Shown here in pieces: positions 26,597 through 37,058 of a DNA stretch of 61,235 nt (position 1 is its first letter; each line of letters starts with the position of its first letter). Below the pieces are notes generated by a model. The model saw only the letters and a program-made list of their open reading frames with translations, did not search any database and was not told the DNA's origin. The position numbers and the translations under genes are program-made. This stretch comes from Escherichia phage slur01, in sequence record NC_028831.1; one strand, 5' to 3'.

Positions 26597-27658
26597 ATGT
26601 CTAAATCTAAAATTATTCTGCCATTTGGTCGTGGTGAAACTGACCTGACTCGTTTGACGGATGTCATTGTCCCTGAGATCTTCACTGGTTATGTGCAGAC
26701 GCAGACCGCTGAACTTTCTGCTCTGATTCAATCCGGTGCGGTTGTAATGGACGAGCGTTTATCTGCTAACCTTGCTGGTGCAGGTCTGACTTTTAACGAG
26801 CCGTTCTATAACGACCTGAAAGATGAAGACGAAGATATCGCGGTTGATAAAGGTAATCCGTCAAAACCGTCTAATATCACTACCGGATCTGAAGTTCAGG
26901 TTCGTATGAGTCGTTCAAAATCCTGGGGTTCTGCGGATCTGGTATCAGCTTTGATTGGTAACGACCCAATGACCGCTATCGGTAACCGCGTGTCTGCGTG
27001 GTGGGTCCGCCGTCTGCAAGCTGCATACATCGCAACCTGGAAAGGTGTATTTGCTAATGCGAAGAAATCTCATAACGACGATTTGACTTTCGACATCTCT
27101 GGTTCTTCTTTTGTAAATAACCAGACCAACTTTACCGCGTCTAACTTCATCAACGCAACTGCAACGATGGGTGATGCTGCTCGCGGTCTGACCATGATTA
27201 TGGTACACTCTACCGTTCGTAACCGTATGCGTCAGTTGAACCTGATCGACTTCATTCCGGATGCTCGCGGTGAAACTCAGTTTGAGTATTATCAGGGTCT
27301 GCGTATTATTGAAGACGACTCCATGCCGCACGATCCGTCTACTGGTGTGTTTGAAAGCTGGCTGTTCGGCCCGGGCGCAACTGCAATGGGTGCTGGATCA
27401 CCGAAAGTTCCGACCGCTGTGGTGCGTGACGAAGCCGCTAACCAAGGCGCTGGTGAAGAAGTTCTTCACAACCGTGTTGAATGGATTCTGCATCCGGTTG
27501 GCCATGCTTGGGCTGCTGCTCAAACTGCTAAAGGTGGTCCGTCTAACGCTGCTACCACTAACAACCTGGCCCATGAAGATTCCTGGCGTCGTGCGTTCCC
27601 TGAGCGCAAGCAGCTTAAAGTTGCACGCCTGATTACTCGTGAGTATCAGGGTTCCTAA
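26597..27658 (+). CDS. Major capsid protein
   Basis: 353 aa, follows the scaffold gene, followed by a strong terminator. Confidence 0.75.
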   Translation: MSKSKIILPFGRGETDLTRLTDVIVPEIFTGYVQTQTAELSALIQSGAVVMDERLSANLAGAGLTFNEPFYNDLKDEDEDIAVDKGNPSKPSNITTGSEVQVRMSRSKSWGSADLVSALIGNDPMTAIGNRVSAWWVRRLQAAYIATWKGVFANAKKSHNDDLTFDISGSSFVNNQTNFTASNFINATATMGDAARGLTMIMVHSTVRNRMRQLNLIDFIPDARGETQFEYYQGLRIIEDDSMPHDPSTGVFESWLFGPGATAMGAGSPKVPTAVVRDEAANQGAGEEVLHNRVEWILHPVGHAWAAAQTAKGGPSNAATTNNLAHEDSWRRAFPERKQLKVARLITREYQGS

Positions 27659-27689
27659 GGCTTCACTCAACGCCGCGCTGTAGTATTTT

Positions 27690-27716
27690 GGGGACATCTT
27701 ATGTCCCCTCTTTTTT
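27690..27716 (+). terminator. Rho-independent terminator after the major capsid gene
   Basis: GGGGACAT-CTT-ATGTCCCC hairpin followed by TCTTTTTT. Confidence 0.8.
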
Positions 27717-27728
27717 AGGAGAACAACC

Positions 27729-28052
27729 ATGCGTTATCAACGTTATGAGCGACATGACTTGATGGAAAAATCGTTGCAGGTGGAGCCAATTTCGATTACT
27801 CTCGATCCTGCTACGATTGACACCACAACTTCAGAAGTAAAAACGGTTACTGTTAAAATAAACTTTGTCCCAGGCGGAACTACAAACAAAGCGTATAGCG
27901 CGTCAGTTGACGGTTCCTCTGCTACAATTAAAGACAACGGGGACGGTACAATTACTGTGACCACAACCGAAAGCAGTGGTACTTCAAACTTGACAGTAAC
28001 GTCCAAGGCAAAGGATAGTGTTACTGGTACATGTGTTATTAATGTGACCTAA
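27729..28052 (+). CDS. Ig-like domain protein (probable capsid decoration protein)
   Basis: Thr/Ser-rich beta-strand pattern (TVTVKINFVPGG...TITVTTTESSGTSNLTVTSKAKDSVTGTCVINVT) typical of bacterial Ig-like domains; sits directly after the capsid gene. Confidence 0.5.
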   Translation: MRYQRYERHDLMEKSLQVEPISITLDPATIDTTTSEVKTVTVKINFVPGGTTNKAYSASVDGSSATIKDNGDGTITVTTTESSGTSNLTVTSKAKDSVTGTCVINVT

Positions 28053-28069
28053 AAAATAAGGATTAAACA

Positions 28070-28723
28070 ATGAAGACATTAATTGAAGCATTGTTAGAAC
28101 TTGATCCGGATAACCCGAATCATTGGACTAGCGACGGTCTACCTAAAGTAGACGCTCTGCGTTTCGCTACCGCTAACCCGTCTTTAACCCGCGACGATAT
28201 TACGACTGCTGCCCCTCTATTCACCCGCGATAACCGCGTGCTGGAAGAGCCCGAGCCTGTGGAACCCGTTAAATCTGCTGATCCAGTTTTACATGAAGCA
28301 GTTAAACAGGAGAAAGCTCATGAAGAACAAAAGAAAGTCGCGGTTGCAACGATGCAAATCGAAGTTAAGATTAGCGAAGCACTGCGTGCTCTTCTGGAGC
28401 CGGAAAAAATCGGTGACGCTTCCAGCTTAACCGATGAAGAACTGAAAGCGAAGCGCGAAAAGCTTAGCAATGTGGTTAAAGAGATTGCCCACACTAAGCA
28501 CGCGCTGGAGCTTGCTATTGCCGACGTTCAAGCGGATCTGGATAAGATTATCGTTGAGCAGGAAAGTCGTCGTCCTAAGTCCGGGCTTACTGCAACTCAG
28601 ATGTATCTTGAAGCGCAGAAAAAACGTAAACCTGAAGACATGCTTTCTGACCATCTCTTCCAGAACCCTATTGACGATCCGGTCGCCCGTATGGTTGCGC
28701 GTAATATGATGCGTCGAGGTTAA
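28070..28723 (+). CDS. hypothetical structural protein
   Basis: 217 aa, charged and helical; head-to-tail module position. Confidence 0.5.
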   Translation: MKTLIEALLELDPDNPNHWTSDGLPKVDALRFATANPSLTRDDITTAAPLFTRDNRVLEEPEPVEPVKSADPVLHEAVKQEKAHEEQKKVAVATMQIEVKISEALRALLEPEKIGDASSLTDEELKAKREKLSNVVKEIAHTKHALELAIADVQADLDKIIVEQESRRPKSGLTATQMYLEAQKKRKPEDMLSDHLFQNPIDDPVARMVARNMMRRG

Positions 28724-28776
28724 CCATGGAAATGAGCCATAGACAATATGTGTTGTGGCTCCTCCGACGTAATAGA

Positions 28777-28808
28777 AAACGGCGTCAAGAAGACGCCGTT
28801 TCTGTTCC
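28777..28808 (+). terminator. Possible rho-independent terminator or attenuator
   Basis: Perfect 10-bp stem AAACGGCGTC/GACGCCGTTT with loop AAGAA, followed by CTGTTCC (weak T-run). Confidence 0.35.
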
Positions 28809-28861
28809 TGAAGAAGAGCTCCCGCCGCTTATCCCTACAACCATCGCAATGAGGAAGAAAG

Positions 28862-29368
28862 ATGGAGATTCCACTGATAGTTGAAGATGGTACTGGTGTA
28901 CCGGACGCCAACAGTTATGTTACCATTGAACAAGTCCGCATGTATGCAGCAATGCGAGGTATTGTACTTCCAAGTGAAGACGAAGATCTAAAGACAAAGA
29001 TCTTTGACGCTATGGATTTTGTGGAAGGGTACAGCCAACGCTTTAAAGGTTATAAAATTAACCCACAGCAACCGCTAAATTGGCCACGCTACGGGGTGTT
29101 TGTGGACGGGTTCGAGCTACCCCAAAGCCCCTTACCAAAGGCGCTTATAAACGCTGTTTGCCAGCTTACAGCGGACTCAGCTACTGGCGGTCCTCTTAAT
29201 GGGAAAACTACTGCATATGCAGTCAAAAGAACTAAAGTAGAAGGTCTTGAGATTGAATACGCAACTGGTAGCACAGCACAGTCAGGTCCAGCAAAAACAT
29301 ATGATAAAGCTATGACGTTTTTATCACCTTTGCTGGGTTATCAAATGGGTAACAGATTAATACGGTGA
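28862..29368 (+). CDS. Putative head-tail adaptor/connector protein
   Basis: 168 aa; position between head and tail genes. Confidence 0.4.
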   Translation: MEIPLIVEDGTGVPDANSYVTIEQVRMYAAMRGIVLPSEDEDLKTKIFDAMDFVEGYSQRFKGYKINPQQPLNWPRYGVFVDGFELPQSPLPKALINAVCQLTADSATGGPLNGKTTAYAVKRTKVEGLEIEYATGSTAQSGPAKTYDKAMTFLSPLLGYQMGNRLIR

Positions 29369-29371
29369 TTT

Positions 29372-29752
29372 ATGAGCTTTCCTTATGAGCAGTTAGTTGA
29401 AGCTGCAAAGCAAATGATCAACGACGCTGGCGTTAACTGTACCCTTGTTGTTATGGAGCAAGGGGAAGGTCAAGATGAATGGGACGATCCGAGCGTTGAA
29501 AAACGATACCCATTCATTGGAGCTTTCCTTTCACCGAAGGAAAAGATGATTGGCGGCAGTCTTGTTTCTGCTGGTGAACTGAAAGTGTTGACTTACCCAA
29601 TGACACCTCCATTGACTCGCGATAAAGCAATGACTGCACGCATTGAGCGTGTGTCACCGGATGGGGAACTGGAAGTGTGGACAATAAATGAGTTTGTTGA
29701 TACACGACCAGCTAACGTTTCTGTTCTTTACACTTTTAAGGTGACGCGATAA
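29372..29752 (+). CDS. Putative head closure/neck protein
   Basis: 126 aa; start overlaps the upstream stop; position. Confidence 0.4.
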   Translation: MSFPYEQLVEAAKQMINDAGVNCTLVVMEQGEGQDEWDDPSVEKRYPFIGAFLSPKEKMIGGSLVSAGELKVLTYPMTPPLTRDKAMTARIERVSPDGELEVWTINEFVDTRPANVSVLYTFKVTR

Positions 29753-30159
29753 TGGGATTCGGGGCGGATATTCGACGTGCAAGTCAGAAGGTACTTGTTC
29801 AGACAAGCGAACAGGCCAAAAAAGTCGTTGTCAAGTTCACAGAGAACGTGATACAGGATACTCCTGTTAAGACCGGACGCACAAAAGGTGGTTGGCGGTC
29901 ATCCATTGGTGCGCCGTATGCAACGGAAACTATCCGCCTCGATCCTACTGGAGAGATGGCTAAAGCTGAAGCCCGAGTTATTGCACGCAAACTACCTAAT
30001 GATAAAGACTGGACTTTCTATTTTAGCAACCTGACACCATATGCTGGCAAACTGGAGTTCTTAGGTTGGTCACAGCAAGCCCCGAACGGTATGGTTCGTA
30101 TTAACGTAGCGAAGCTTCCAATGTTGATACGTCAAGCTATAGCAGAAGGAAAACTATAA
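29752..30159 (+). CDS. HK97 gp10-like tail component (neck/tail completion)
   Basis: DTPVKTGRTKGGWRS matches the HK97 gp10-family PVDTGRLRGSW motif. Confidence 0.6.
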   Translation: MGFGADIRRASQKVLVQTSEQAKKVVVKFTENVIQDTPVKTGRTKGGWRSSIGAPYATETIRLDPTGEMAKAEARVIARKLPNDKDWTFYFSNLTPYAGKLEFLGWSQQAPNGMVRINVAKLPMLIRQAIAEGKL

Positions 30160-30608
30160 TGCTTGGATACGATTTCATTAATGATGCATTTAATAAGATG
30201 CTACGCGAAGCAGTTGGACCGGATATTGGTATAGCGTGGAAGAATAAGAAGTTTACACCTAAAGCTAACCAGATGTGGTTAAAGGCAATCAATGCTCCCG
30301 CTTCCACTTACGCTGCAACGCTAGGTGATAACGGTCTGAATGAAATTCCAGGCTTCTACCAAATCACAGTATATAGTCCTTTAAACACTGGAACGTCTAA
30401 GCAGAATCAAATCTTGGATTCTATTCGGAAAAAGTTTAAACTGGGCTTGCGTATCCCGTGCCCGGATGACCACACGTTACGGATTGTCAGTTTAGACTTT
30501 TCGCAAGGTGGACAAACTTCGCTGAACGATTTTACCAAAGGCGGGGTTGAAGATAACTGGGACGTTAACTTTATCACAATCTATTGGTCGGCTCGTGAGC
30601 CGAGGTAA
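30159..30608 (+). CDS. Putative tail terminator/completion protein
   Basis: 149 aa, immediately upstream of the major tail protein. Confidence 0.4.
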   Translation: MLGYDFINDAFNKMLREAVGPDIGIAWKNKKFTPKANQMWLKAINAPASTYAATLGDNGLNEIPGFYQITVYSPLNTGTSKQNQILDSIRKKFKLGLRIPCPDDHTLRIVSLDFSQGGQTSLNDFTKGGVEDNWDVNFITIYWSAREPR

Positions 30609-30622
30609 GAGAGGATCTAAAT

Positions 30623-31546
30623 ATGGCTACAGGTTCACGTTATTCGTGTTACTACGTCAAAGAAGATGTAAGCAACACTACGCCAGCGAGTGCGAAGTTT
30701 ACTCCGTTCCGTGTGACCAGCTCCGGTCTGGACATTAATATTGCAACGCTGGAATCTGAAGAACTGCGCGATGACGCTGAAACTGCGGACTTCCGCCTCG
30801 GTGCTCGCAGTGTTGAAGGTACAGTAACGGGCGAAATGTCCTTCGGCACCTTCGATGATCTTATTGCTGCTGCACTTCGTGGGGAGTGGCAAGACAACGT
30901 CCTTAAAGGCGGTATTATCCGTCAGTCGTTTACTTTCGTAGACTATAACGCAGATCTACCGTCAGGTAAATATACAATTTATCGCGGTTGCGAAGTTAAT
31001 AGCATGACTTTCTCATTGTCTGCTGAAAACATGACCACAGTGGAATTCGGTATTGTTGGTCGCTCGATGGAGATTGCGGAATCGCTTCCATCTGGTGCAA
31101 CTATCAAAGAGCGTACGACTACTTCACCGATGGATGGTTTCTCCGGCCGCTTGCTGGAAAACGACGAAGAAATCAGCGTTATTACGGAAATCGGTCTTAC
31201 CGTTGAAAACGATATTGCACCACGCTTTGTTGTTGGTTCTAAGTTCTCCATTGAACCGTCCGCTGGTCGTCGTGCGGTAACTGGTACAGCTAACGTGTAC
31301 TTCCTGGATAACAAGCTGCGTATGAAGTATCTGGATGAAGTGGAAACTTCAATCAAGTTTGATCTGATTGACCCAAGCAATCCGGAACAAAAATACACTG
31401 TGGAAATCCCTCGCGTGAAGTTCACTGAAGCTCCACGTCCTATTAACGGCGAAGGGGATATCATGCTTAATATGGGCTACCGCGGATTGCTGGACCCAAC
31501 AACCGCAAGTTCCATCAAAATTACCCGCGTTCTAGCGGCAGCCTAA
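30623..31546 (+). CDS. Major tail (tube) protein
   Basis: 307 aa, directly upstream of the chaperone-frameshift-tape measure unit. Confidence 0.65.
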   Translation: MATGSRYSCYYVKEDVSNTTPASAKFTPFRVTSSGLDINIATLESEELRDDAETADFRLGARSVEGTVTGEMSFGTFDDLIAAALRGEWQDNVLKGGIIRQSFTFVDYNADLPSGKYTIYRGCEVNSMTFSLSAENMTTVEFGIVGRSMEIAESLPSGATIKERTTTSPMDGFSGRLLENDEEISVITEIGLTVENDIAPRFVVGSKFSIEPSAGRRAVTGTANVYFLDNKLRMKYLDEVETSIKFDLIDPSNPEQKYTVEIPRVKFTEAPRPINGEGDIMLNMGYRGLLDPTTASSIKITRVLAAA

Positions 31547-31555
31547 GGATAAGAA

Positions 31556-31963
31556 ATGACCGACACCAAAAAAGCCAAAGTTGTAGTAGCTAAAAGCTTC
31601 CGTGATTTTAAAACTGTGAGCCGGGCCAACGACCCGGCAAACACTAAGCCTATGAATGTGGTTATTCCTGGTGTAGGCGACACTGGCGAAAAACTCTACA
31701 TTCGTAGCCGCTACTGCACAGAGTACCGTGATGCTGAACTGAAAGCACAGCGTCAACTGTTGGCTCTTATGCAGGGTAAAGACGGTGAAGTAACGGATGC
31801 TATGAAGGAAGATATCCTTACCCGTTCACTGTGTAACCTTGTAGCAGGTTGGACTTTTGACGAGCCACCGACTGTTGACAACGTGTTTGAGTTCTTAACG
31901 GAGAACCCAACTGTCCGAGAAGATCTTAACGTATTTGCCGCTAAAGATAGTAATTTTTTCTAA
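31556..31963 (+). CDS. Tail assembly chaperone (G-like, 0-frame product)
   Basis: 135 aa between major tail and tape measure genes; ends with slippery heptamer T-TTT-TTC just before the stop. Confidence 0.7.
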   Translation: MTDTKKAKVVVAKSFRDFKTVSRANDPANTKPMNVVIPGVGDTGEKLYIRSRYCTEYRDAELKAQRQLLALMQGKDGEVTDAMKEDILTRSLCNLVAGWTFDEPPTVDNVFEFLTENPTVREDLNVFAAKDSNFF

Positions 31964-32361
31964 AAGCGCGCAGACAGTTAATTGATAAGAAGATCCTCCA
32001 ATGGGAACTAAATAGCAAAGTCCCCGGCGGGGGATCTTCTTTATTATCGCAACTGCAAAAGGTTGAGGAACAGTCTGGTAAGACGCCACCTAAGCTTAAA
32101 GAATATCGGGAAAAGGAAATACCGGTTTGCTTTGAATACCTGTCTACTTTATTTGATGACATTTACACTGGAGGGGATTTTAGTTATACAGAATTGCACA
32201 GCTATCAGGTAACAATGGGCTTACATCTTCAACCGTACGAATGCGAAATACTGCGACAGCTATGGCTTGAAAAGCGCGTGTCTGAAGCTGAACAAAATGC
32301 TAAACTCATGGAAAGTCAAATGCAAAATCAGAATAAAGGTAGAAGGAAAAGGAGAAGGTAA
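31556..32361 (+). CDS. Tail assembly chaperone frameshift product (GT-like; programmed -1 frameshift at 31954..31960)
   Basis: The -1 frame after the slippery site TTTTTTC is open for 133 codons with no ATG and ends at a TAA overlapping the tape-measure ATG. Confidence 0.6.
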
Positions 32362-35300
32362 TGGCCGAAACTGCTTCGCTAGTAATCAGGGTTGACGCGA
32401 AAGGGATTAGCACAGCGGACTCCATGCTGCGTAACCTTGCGCGTACAGGTGACACAGCGGAGCGTTCCGCTCAACGTGTCACATCCAGCTATAAAACATT
32501 GTCTAACACATCTAACGAACTTGCAACTGTCACAAGTCGTTTAGATGCTGCAATTGTAGGAATGATCAGCGTTGACACCATTAACCGTGTTATTTCGCTA
32601 TCGGACTCCTGGACTATCCTCACCAACAAACTTGAACTGGCTCGTACGGGTAATGAAACCGTTGCGGATGCACAGCAACGCGTGTTTGATATTGCCCAGC
32701 GGTCACGTACAAGCTTGGAAGCAACTGCAACTCTATATTCCCGTCTCCAGCGTGCAATGAAGAATACTGGTATGACGGGTATGGAGCTTGGACGTATCAC
32801 TGAAACAATTAACAAAGCGATGATTGTTTCCGGTGCAACGTCACATGAAGCAAGCGCTGCTCTTATTCAGTTTTCGCAAGCAATGGCATCCGGTGTTTTG
32901 CGCGGGGATGAATTCCGTTCTGTTGCAGAACAAGCCCCGCGCTTAACTCAAATCATGTCCGATGCGTTAGGTGTTACCATTGGACAATTGCGTGAAATGG
33001 CTTACAGCGGCAAGTTGAGCGCCGATGTGGTTATCAAATCGTTGTCTGGTGCTGCGGATACAATTGATAAAGAATTTAGCCGCACTATGCCAACGTTTAA
33101 CCAGCAATGGACGGTTGCAACAAACAACTTGACTAAGTTCATGGGCGAATCCCAAAAGACTCAAGGTGCGGTTGCTGCATTGGGACAGACGTTTGTTGCG
33201 TTATCCGAAAACTTAGGAACGGTTGTAACAGTTGGTTCAGCTTTAGCCACAGTGATTACCGCCCGTATCATTACGGCAATGCTTGCTAAGACTAAAGCGT
33301 CTATAGCTGCTGCAAAAGCATCGCAGATGGAAGCTGCACAAACGGCGGCAACTACTGCGGTGATGCAAAGCTCTATTGGCGTTACCGCGCAGAAAGCGGC
33401 TGCGGATCGTGCTGCCTCTCTTGCAGCGTTACAGGTTGCTCGCGGGTCATTAGCGGTTGCTAAAGGTACGGCAGCGGAAGCAGGCGCACGTCTTGCGCTT
33501 ATTAACGCTACCCGTGCGCATTCTGCGGCAATTATGGCGGACGTACAAGCGCGGCAAGCGCTCAATGCTGCGCTTAATGCAACTGTACCAGCCGCAAGCC
33601 GAGCAGCTACAGCAATGAGCGTGCTGCGCGGTACTATGGGGTTAATTGGCGGTCCTGTTGGTGTAGCAATGCTGGCAGCGGGTGCAATTTACTCCTATAA
33701 AGCGTCGTTGGAAGCTGGTCGTGCGGAAAACAATCAGTTTGCGGATAGTGTTGATTCTGTACGCGAGAAACTGATGCAGATGACAGAAGCTCAGTTGGCA
33801 GCTAACGCAGTTAAAGCTCGCGCAATTCTCCCCGAACTTGAAGAGCAAATGAAGCGGGAGCAAACTGCTCTTAAATCTGCAACGGAAACGCAGAAGTTCT
33901 ATGAAGCACAATTAAAACGTCGCGCTGCGTCCGGTCGTAATACAGCTAGTGCCGAGAAGAATTTACAGATTGCTACGGATAACGTCAAGCTTGCTGCTGA
34001 ACGTGCTGAAGAAGCTCAACGCCGTTACAACAATGTCTTAGAAATGACAAGCCCTGCTATCGAGAAGATAATTCCGTTAGCTCGTCAGCTTGCAGCGGAT
34101 ATGAAAGCAGTGCTTAATATCAAATCCGGTCCGCTTATTGACGAGAAAGTGCTTGATCGTTTTAAAGGTCAGTTAGGTGACGTTAACCGTGAGATTGACG
34201 TTAACACGGTTAAAGGTGCTGGTAATGCTCGCCAGGCTGCAATCCTTAGTGGGCTGTATCAAACTCTGGGCAAAGATGCAGACACCTACGGAAGTCTAAT
34301 TCGCAAAGTAGCTATGGGGCAGGATGTTAGCTCTGAAGCAACAAGCGAGTCCGCAAAAGAACTTGTTAAATATGCTCAAGAGCTAGCGGAAGCTTACGGC
34401 AAGAATTATGATCTTGAAGAAGCGGAGAGAAATCGAACCAAAGCTACAAAAGACGCTATTAAGGCGGATCAACAGAACGCCAAAGTTATTGACGATTTAC
34501 GCAACAAGCTTAACGAAGTAACCACAGGGGTTAAGGAAAACGCTAAAGCTAAAGCGCAAGCTGTAGCACTCAATAAGTTAAATGCGTCCGCAACGGCTGC
34601 GGAAAAAGCAGAAGTTGTTAGTCTTGCTGCTGCAATTTACGATGCAGAAGAAGCTCAAAAGAAACTGGACGAGCGTAAGAAGAATCGTAAGTTTGCTCAG
34701 GGTCTGTTAGATGAAGGTATGACAGACTACGCGCAAATTGAATACGAGATGCAAGAAAAGATTATGAAGCTTCACAGGGATCAACAAGCGGATGATCTTG
34801 AGCATTATAAGCTCTACGAAGATGCAAAGACGCAAGTCCTGAAGAAAGCAAGTATGGAAAGAGAAAATCTGGATAAAGTTCTTATGAACCGAATGATATC
34901 TTTTTCTCAGGAATCCTTAGGCATTATAATGGATGGCCTGTCACAGGCTGTAAGCCAGCAGAACTTCTTTTATAAAGCTATGTTTGCAGCACAGAAAGCA
35001 ATGCAAATCCCATCAATCCTTGCCAACACGGAAACGGCAGCATCTGCGGCGCTTGCATGGGGTACACAGCAAGGAGGTGCTACGATGGGTGCAACAATGG
35101 CAGCTATAGTGAAAACTATGGGTTATGCGTCCGCTGCTACTGTGGGTGGCTTGGCGATCGCTGGTATGGCTCACGACGGTATTGATAACGTTCCGCGTGA
35201 AGGTACATGGCTGCTGGATAAGGGTGAACGTGTACTTAATGCTCCGTCTAATGACAAGTTAAATCGCTTCCTGGATAGCCAAGCTTCACAACAAGGTGGC

Positions 35301-35477
35301 GTGAATATGTCCGGTGGTGTTAGCATTGTTCAGTATATCACGGTGCAAGGGAATGGCGATGCAGCACTCACACAAGCCATGCAAAAAGCGGCCCGTGATG
35401 GCGCTGAGCAGGGATATAATAAAGTTCTCAATGACTTTGCATCCCGAGGAACAATTCGTAGAACTGCAATGGGGTAA
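32361..35477 (+). CDS. Tail tape measure protein
   Basis: 1038 aa, Ala-rich helical, after the chaperone frameshift unit; RBS AAGGAG. Confidence 0.85.
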   Translation: MAETASLVIRVDAKGISTADSMLRNLARTGDTAERSAQRVTSSYKTLSNTSNELATVTSRLDAAIVGMISVDTINRVISLSDSWTILTNKLELARTGNETVADAQQRVFDIAQRSRTSLEATATLYSRLQRAMKNTGMTGMELGRITETINKAMIVSGATSHEASAALIQFSQAMASGVLRGDEFRSVAEQAPRLTQIMSDALGVTIGQLREMAYSGKLSADVVIKSLSGAADTIDKEFSRTMPTFNQQWTVATNNLTKFMGESQKTQGAVAALGQTFVALSENLGTVVTVGSALATVITARIITAMLAKTKASIAAAKASQMEAAQTAATTAVMQSSIGVTAQKAAADRAASLAALQVARGSLAVAKGTAAEAGARLALINATRAHSAAIMADVQARQALNAALNATVPAASRAATAMSVLRGTMGLIGGPVGVAMLAAGAIYSYKASLEAGRAENNQFADSVDSVREKLMQMTEAQLAANAVKARAILPELEEQMKREQTALKSATETQKFYEAQLKRRAASGRNTASAEKNLQIATDNVKLAAERAEEAQRRYNNVLEMTSPAIEKIIPLARQLAADMKAVLNIKSGPLIDEKVLDRFKGQLGDVNREIDVNTVKGAGNARQAAILSGLYQTLGKDADTYGSLIRKVAMGQDVSSEATSESAKELVKYAQELAEAYGKNYDLEEAERNRTKATKDAIKADQQNAKVIDDLRNKLNEVTTGVKENAKAKAQAVALNKLNASATAAEKAEVVSLAAAIYDAEEAQKKLDERKKNRKFAQGLLDEGMTDYAQIEYEMQEKIMKLHRDQQADDLEHYKLYEDAKTQVLKKASMERENLDKVLMNRMISFSQESLGIIMDGLSQAVSQQNFFYKAMFAAQKAMQIPSILANTETAASAALAWGTQQGGATMGATMAAIVKTMGYASAATVGGLAIAGMAHDGIDNVPREGTWLLDKGERVLNAPSNDKLNRFLDSQASQQGGVNMSGGVSIVQYITVQGNGDAALTQAMQKAARDGAEQGYNKVLNDFASRGTIRRTAMG

Positions 35478-35480
35478 TAT

Positions 35481-36065
35481 ATGCTCACTTGGCCCGAAGA
35501 AATTAGACCGTCTGAGATGGAATGGTATCTAGTTTCAAACTCTGTAGAATTTACAAGCCCCTTCAATGGGGCTTCCCAAACTGTGTCCTATCCTGGATCA
35601 CGATGGGAAGCAACGTTGACATTTAGTAATTTAAATGACTGGCAATCCAGAAAGCTTGAATCAACATTAGCTAAGCTTGATGGTAAAGCTGGTCGAATCA
35701 TGCTCCAGGATTTTGGTCGTTGGGGACGTGCACCGATTGGATCACCTGTGGTTAACGGTGCAAACAATACGGGGACAACTTTATCAACTAAAGGTTGGAC
35801 ACCTAATAGAAAGGTTTTATGGGAAGGGGATTACATCGCAGTAAACAATGAATTAAAATTAATAACCGAGGATGCTTGGAGCGATTCTTCTGGCAACGTG
35901 ATATTAAATATCGCCCCGATGCTAAGGACTATTCCACCGAATGGGGCTAAAATCGAAACTCAAAAGCCACAAGGGGCTTTCCGGTTAGCGGAAAATACTA
36001 ACGGGGTTAAGCGTCAGCCAGCTTTTAATAATTCATTCACTCTAAAATTCTCGGAGGCGTTCTAA
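35481..36065 (+). CDS. Minor tail protein (lambda gpM-like position)
   Basis: First gene after the tape measure in a lambda-like tail-tip cassette. Confidence 0.45.
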   Translation: MLTWPEEIRPSEMEWYLVSNSVEFTSPFNGASQTVSYPGSRWEATLTFSNLNDWQSRKLESTLAKLDGKAGRIMLQDFGRWGRAPIGSPVVNGANNTGTTLSTKGWTPNRKVLWEGDYIAVNNELKLITEDAWSDSSGNVILNIAPMLRTIPPNGAKIETQKPQGAFRLAENTNGVKRQPAFNNSFTLKFSEAF

Positions 36066-36649
36066 TGCTATTCAGTCCTTTCAGCGATACGCTTCTCAAC
36101 GCAATGGAGCAGTCGAACGTTAGTCTGGTACTTGCTGCGGAAATTGACTTTCCTTCTGGTGTAACGCGTGTGCATACTGGGACAGGGGTTGTTGTTATTA
36201 ATGGTCAGACTTTCCTTGGCGTTGGTACTCTTGGGGACGTTGGGTCCGTGACTGAGGAAAACAGCACTAGCTCCAGCACAATGTCCATGGCGCTTAGCGG
36301 TCTGGACATGAGTCTTGTTGGGGAGACATTAAACGAAGAAGTTATCGGGCGTAATGTTGTTTGCTATATTGCAGTGATGAGCGATCAAGGTAATGTCATT
36401 GCTGCTAATATTTTATTTGAAGGTTTTATTACAGACACCGCATTACAAGCAGGTCAACAGAATGCCTTGAGTTATGTTATTTCCAACGTGTTTGAGCGTT
36501 GGTCACAAGGTTTACCGGATCGCTATACAGATGAAAGTCAACAGCGTTTATATCCAGGCGACCGTTTCTTTAGATACATTGCACAAATGGCTGAACGTTC
36601 AATCTTTTGGGGGAGTAAGAAAGATGCGCCAGGGTTCTCCTATGAGTAA
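36065..36649 (+). CDS. Minor tail protein (lambda gpL-like position)
   Basis: Second gene after the tape measure; RBS GGAGG. Confidence 0.45.
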   Translation: MLFSPFSDTLLNAMEQSNVSLVLAAEIDFPSGVTRVHTGTGVVVINGQTFLGVGTLGDVGSVTEENSTSSSTMSMALSGLDMSLVGETLNEEVIGRNVVCYIAVMSDQGNVIAANILFEGFITDTALQAGQQNALSYVISNVFERWSQGLPDRYTDESQQRLYPGDRFFRYIAQMAERSIFWGSKKDAPGFSYE

Positions 36650-37058
36650 GTTGCCGGGCTGGCAGACACGTTTATTAACCACAGTAAAGGAGTTGTCATC
36701 GACTCCTTTTTCTTGGGGTGAAAATGATTGCTGCACCTTCGCGGCTAAATGTGTTGATGCGCAATACGGCACAAATATCTACGAACAAGTTGCTGGAAAA
36801 TATAGTACCGAGCTTGGAAGTAAAAAGTTCACTATTGAAAGAGTTGGAACCGCTTACCTTCCATTGTTATTGGATACTTACCTCAGCGAACGAGTTGACA
36901 AGAACTATGCGCAAAGAGGCGATGTGGTTACATTTGAGGGAGCATTGGGCTTAACTGCTGGCATATTATGGACTGGATATGTATGGGCTATGGGTCCGAA
37001 CGGTGTGGAAACATTCCCGCTTAATAAGATCAAAATTACGGATATTTGGAGGGTCTAA
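36624..37058 (+). CDS. Tail assembly protein with NlpC/P60-like cysteine peptidase motif (lambda gpK-like)
   Basis: FSWGENDCCTFAAKCV resembles the NlpC/P60 catalytic Cys region; start re-picked at ATG with GGGAG RBS. Confidence 0.5.
   Translation: MRQGSPMSKLPGWQTRLLTTVKELSSTPFSWGENDCCTFAAKCVDAQYGTNIYEQVAGKYSTELGSKKFTIERVGTAYLPLLLDTYLSERVDKNYAQRGDVVTFEGALGLTAGILWTGYVWAMGPNGVETFPLNKIKITDIWRV

Noticed and set aside
28726-28884. 52-codon ORF between two structural genes
   Set aside because: Contains a perfect 10-bp stem-loop (likely terminator) and would overlap the next gene's start; more likely non-coding.
33161-33565. Antisense ORFs inside the tape-measure gene (also 32489..32815 and 33642..33911)
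   Set aside because: Alanine-codon-rich sense strand gives spurious open frames on the opposite strand; no RBS.
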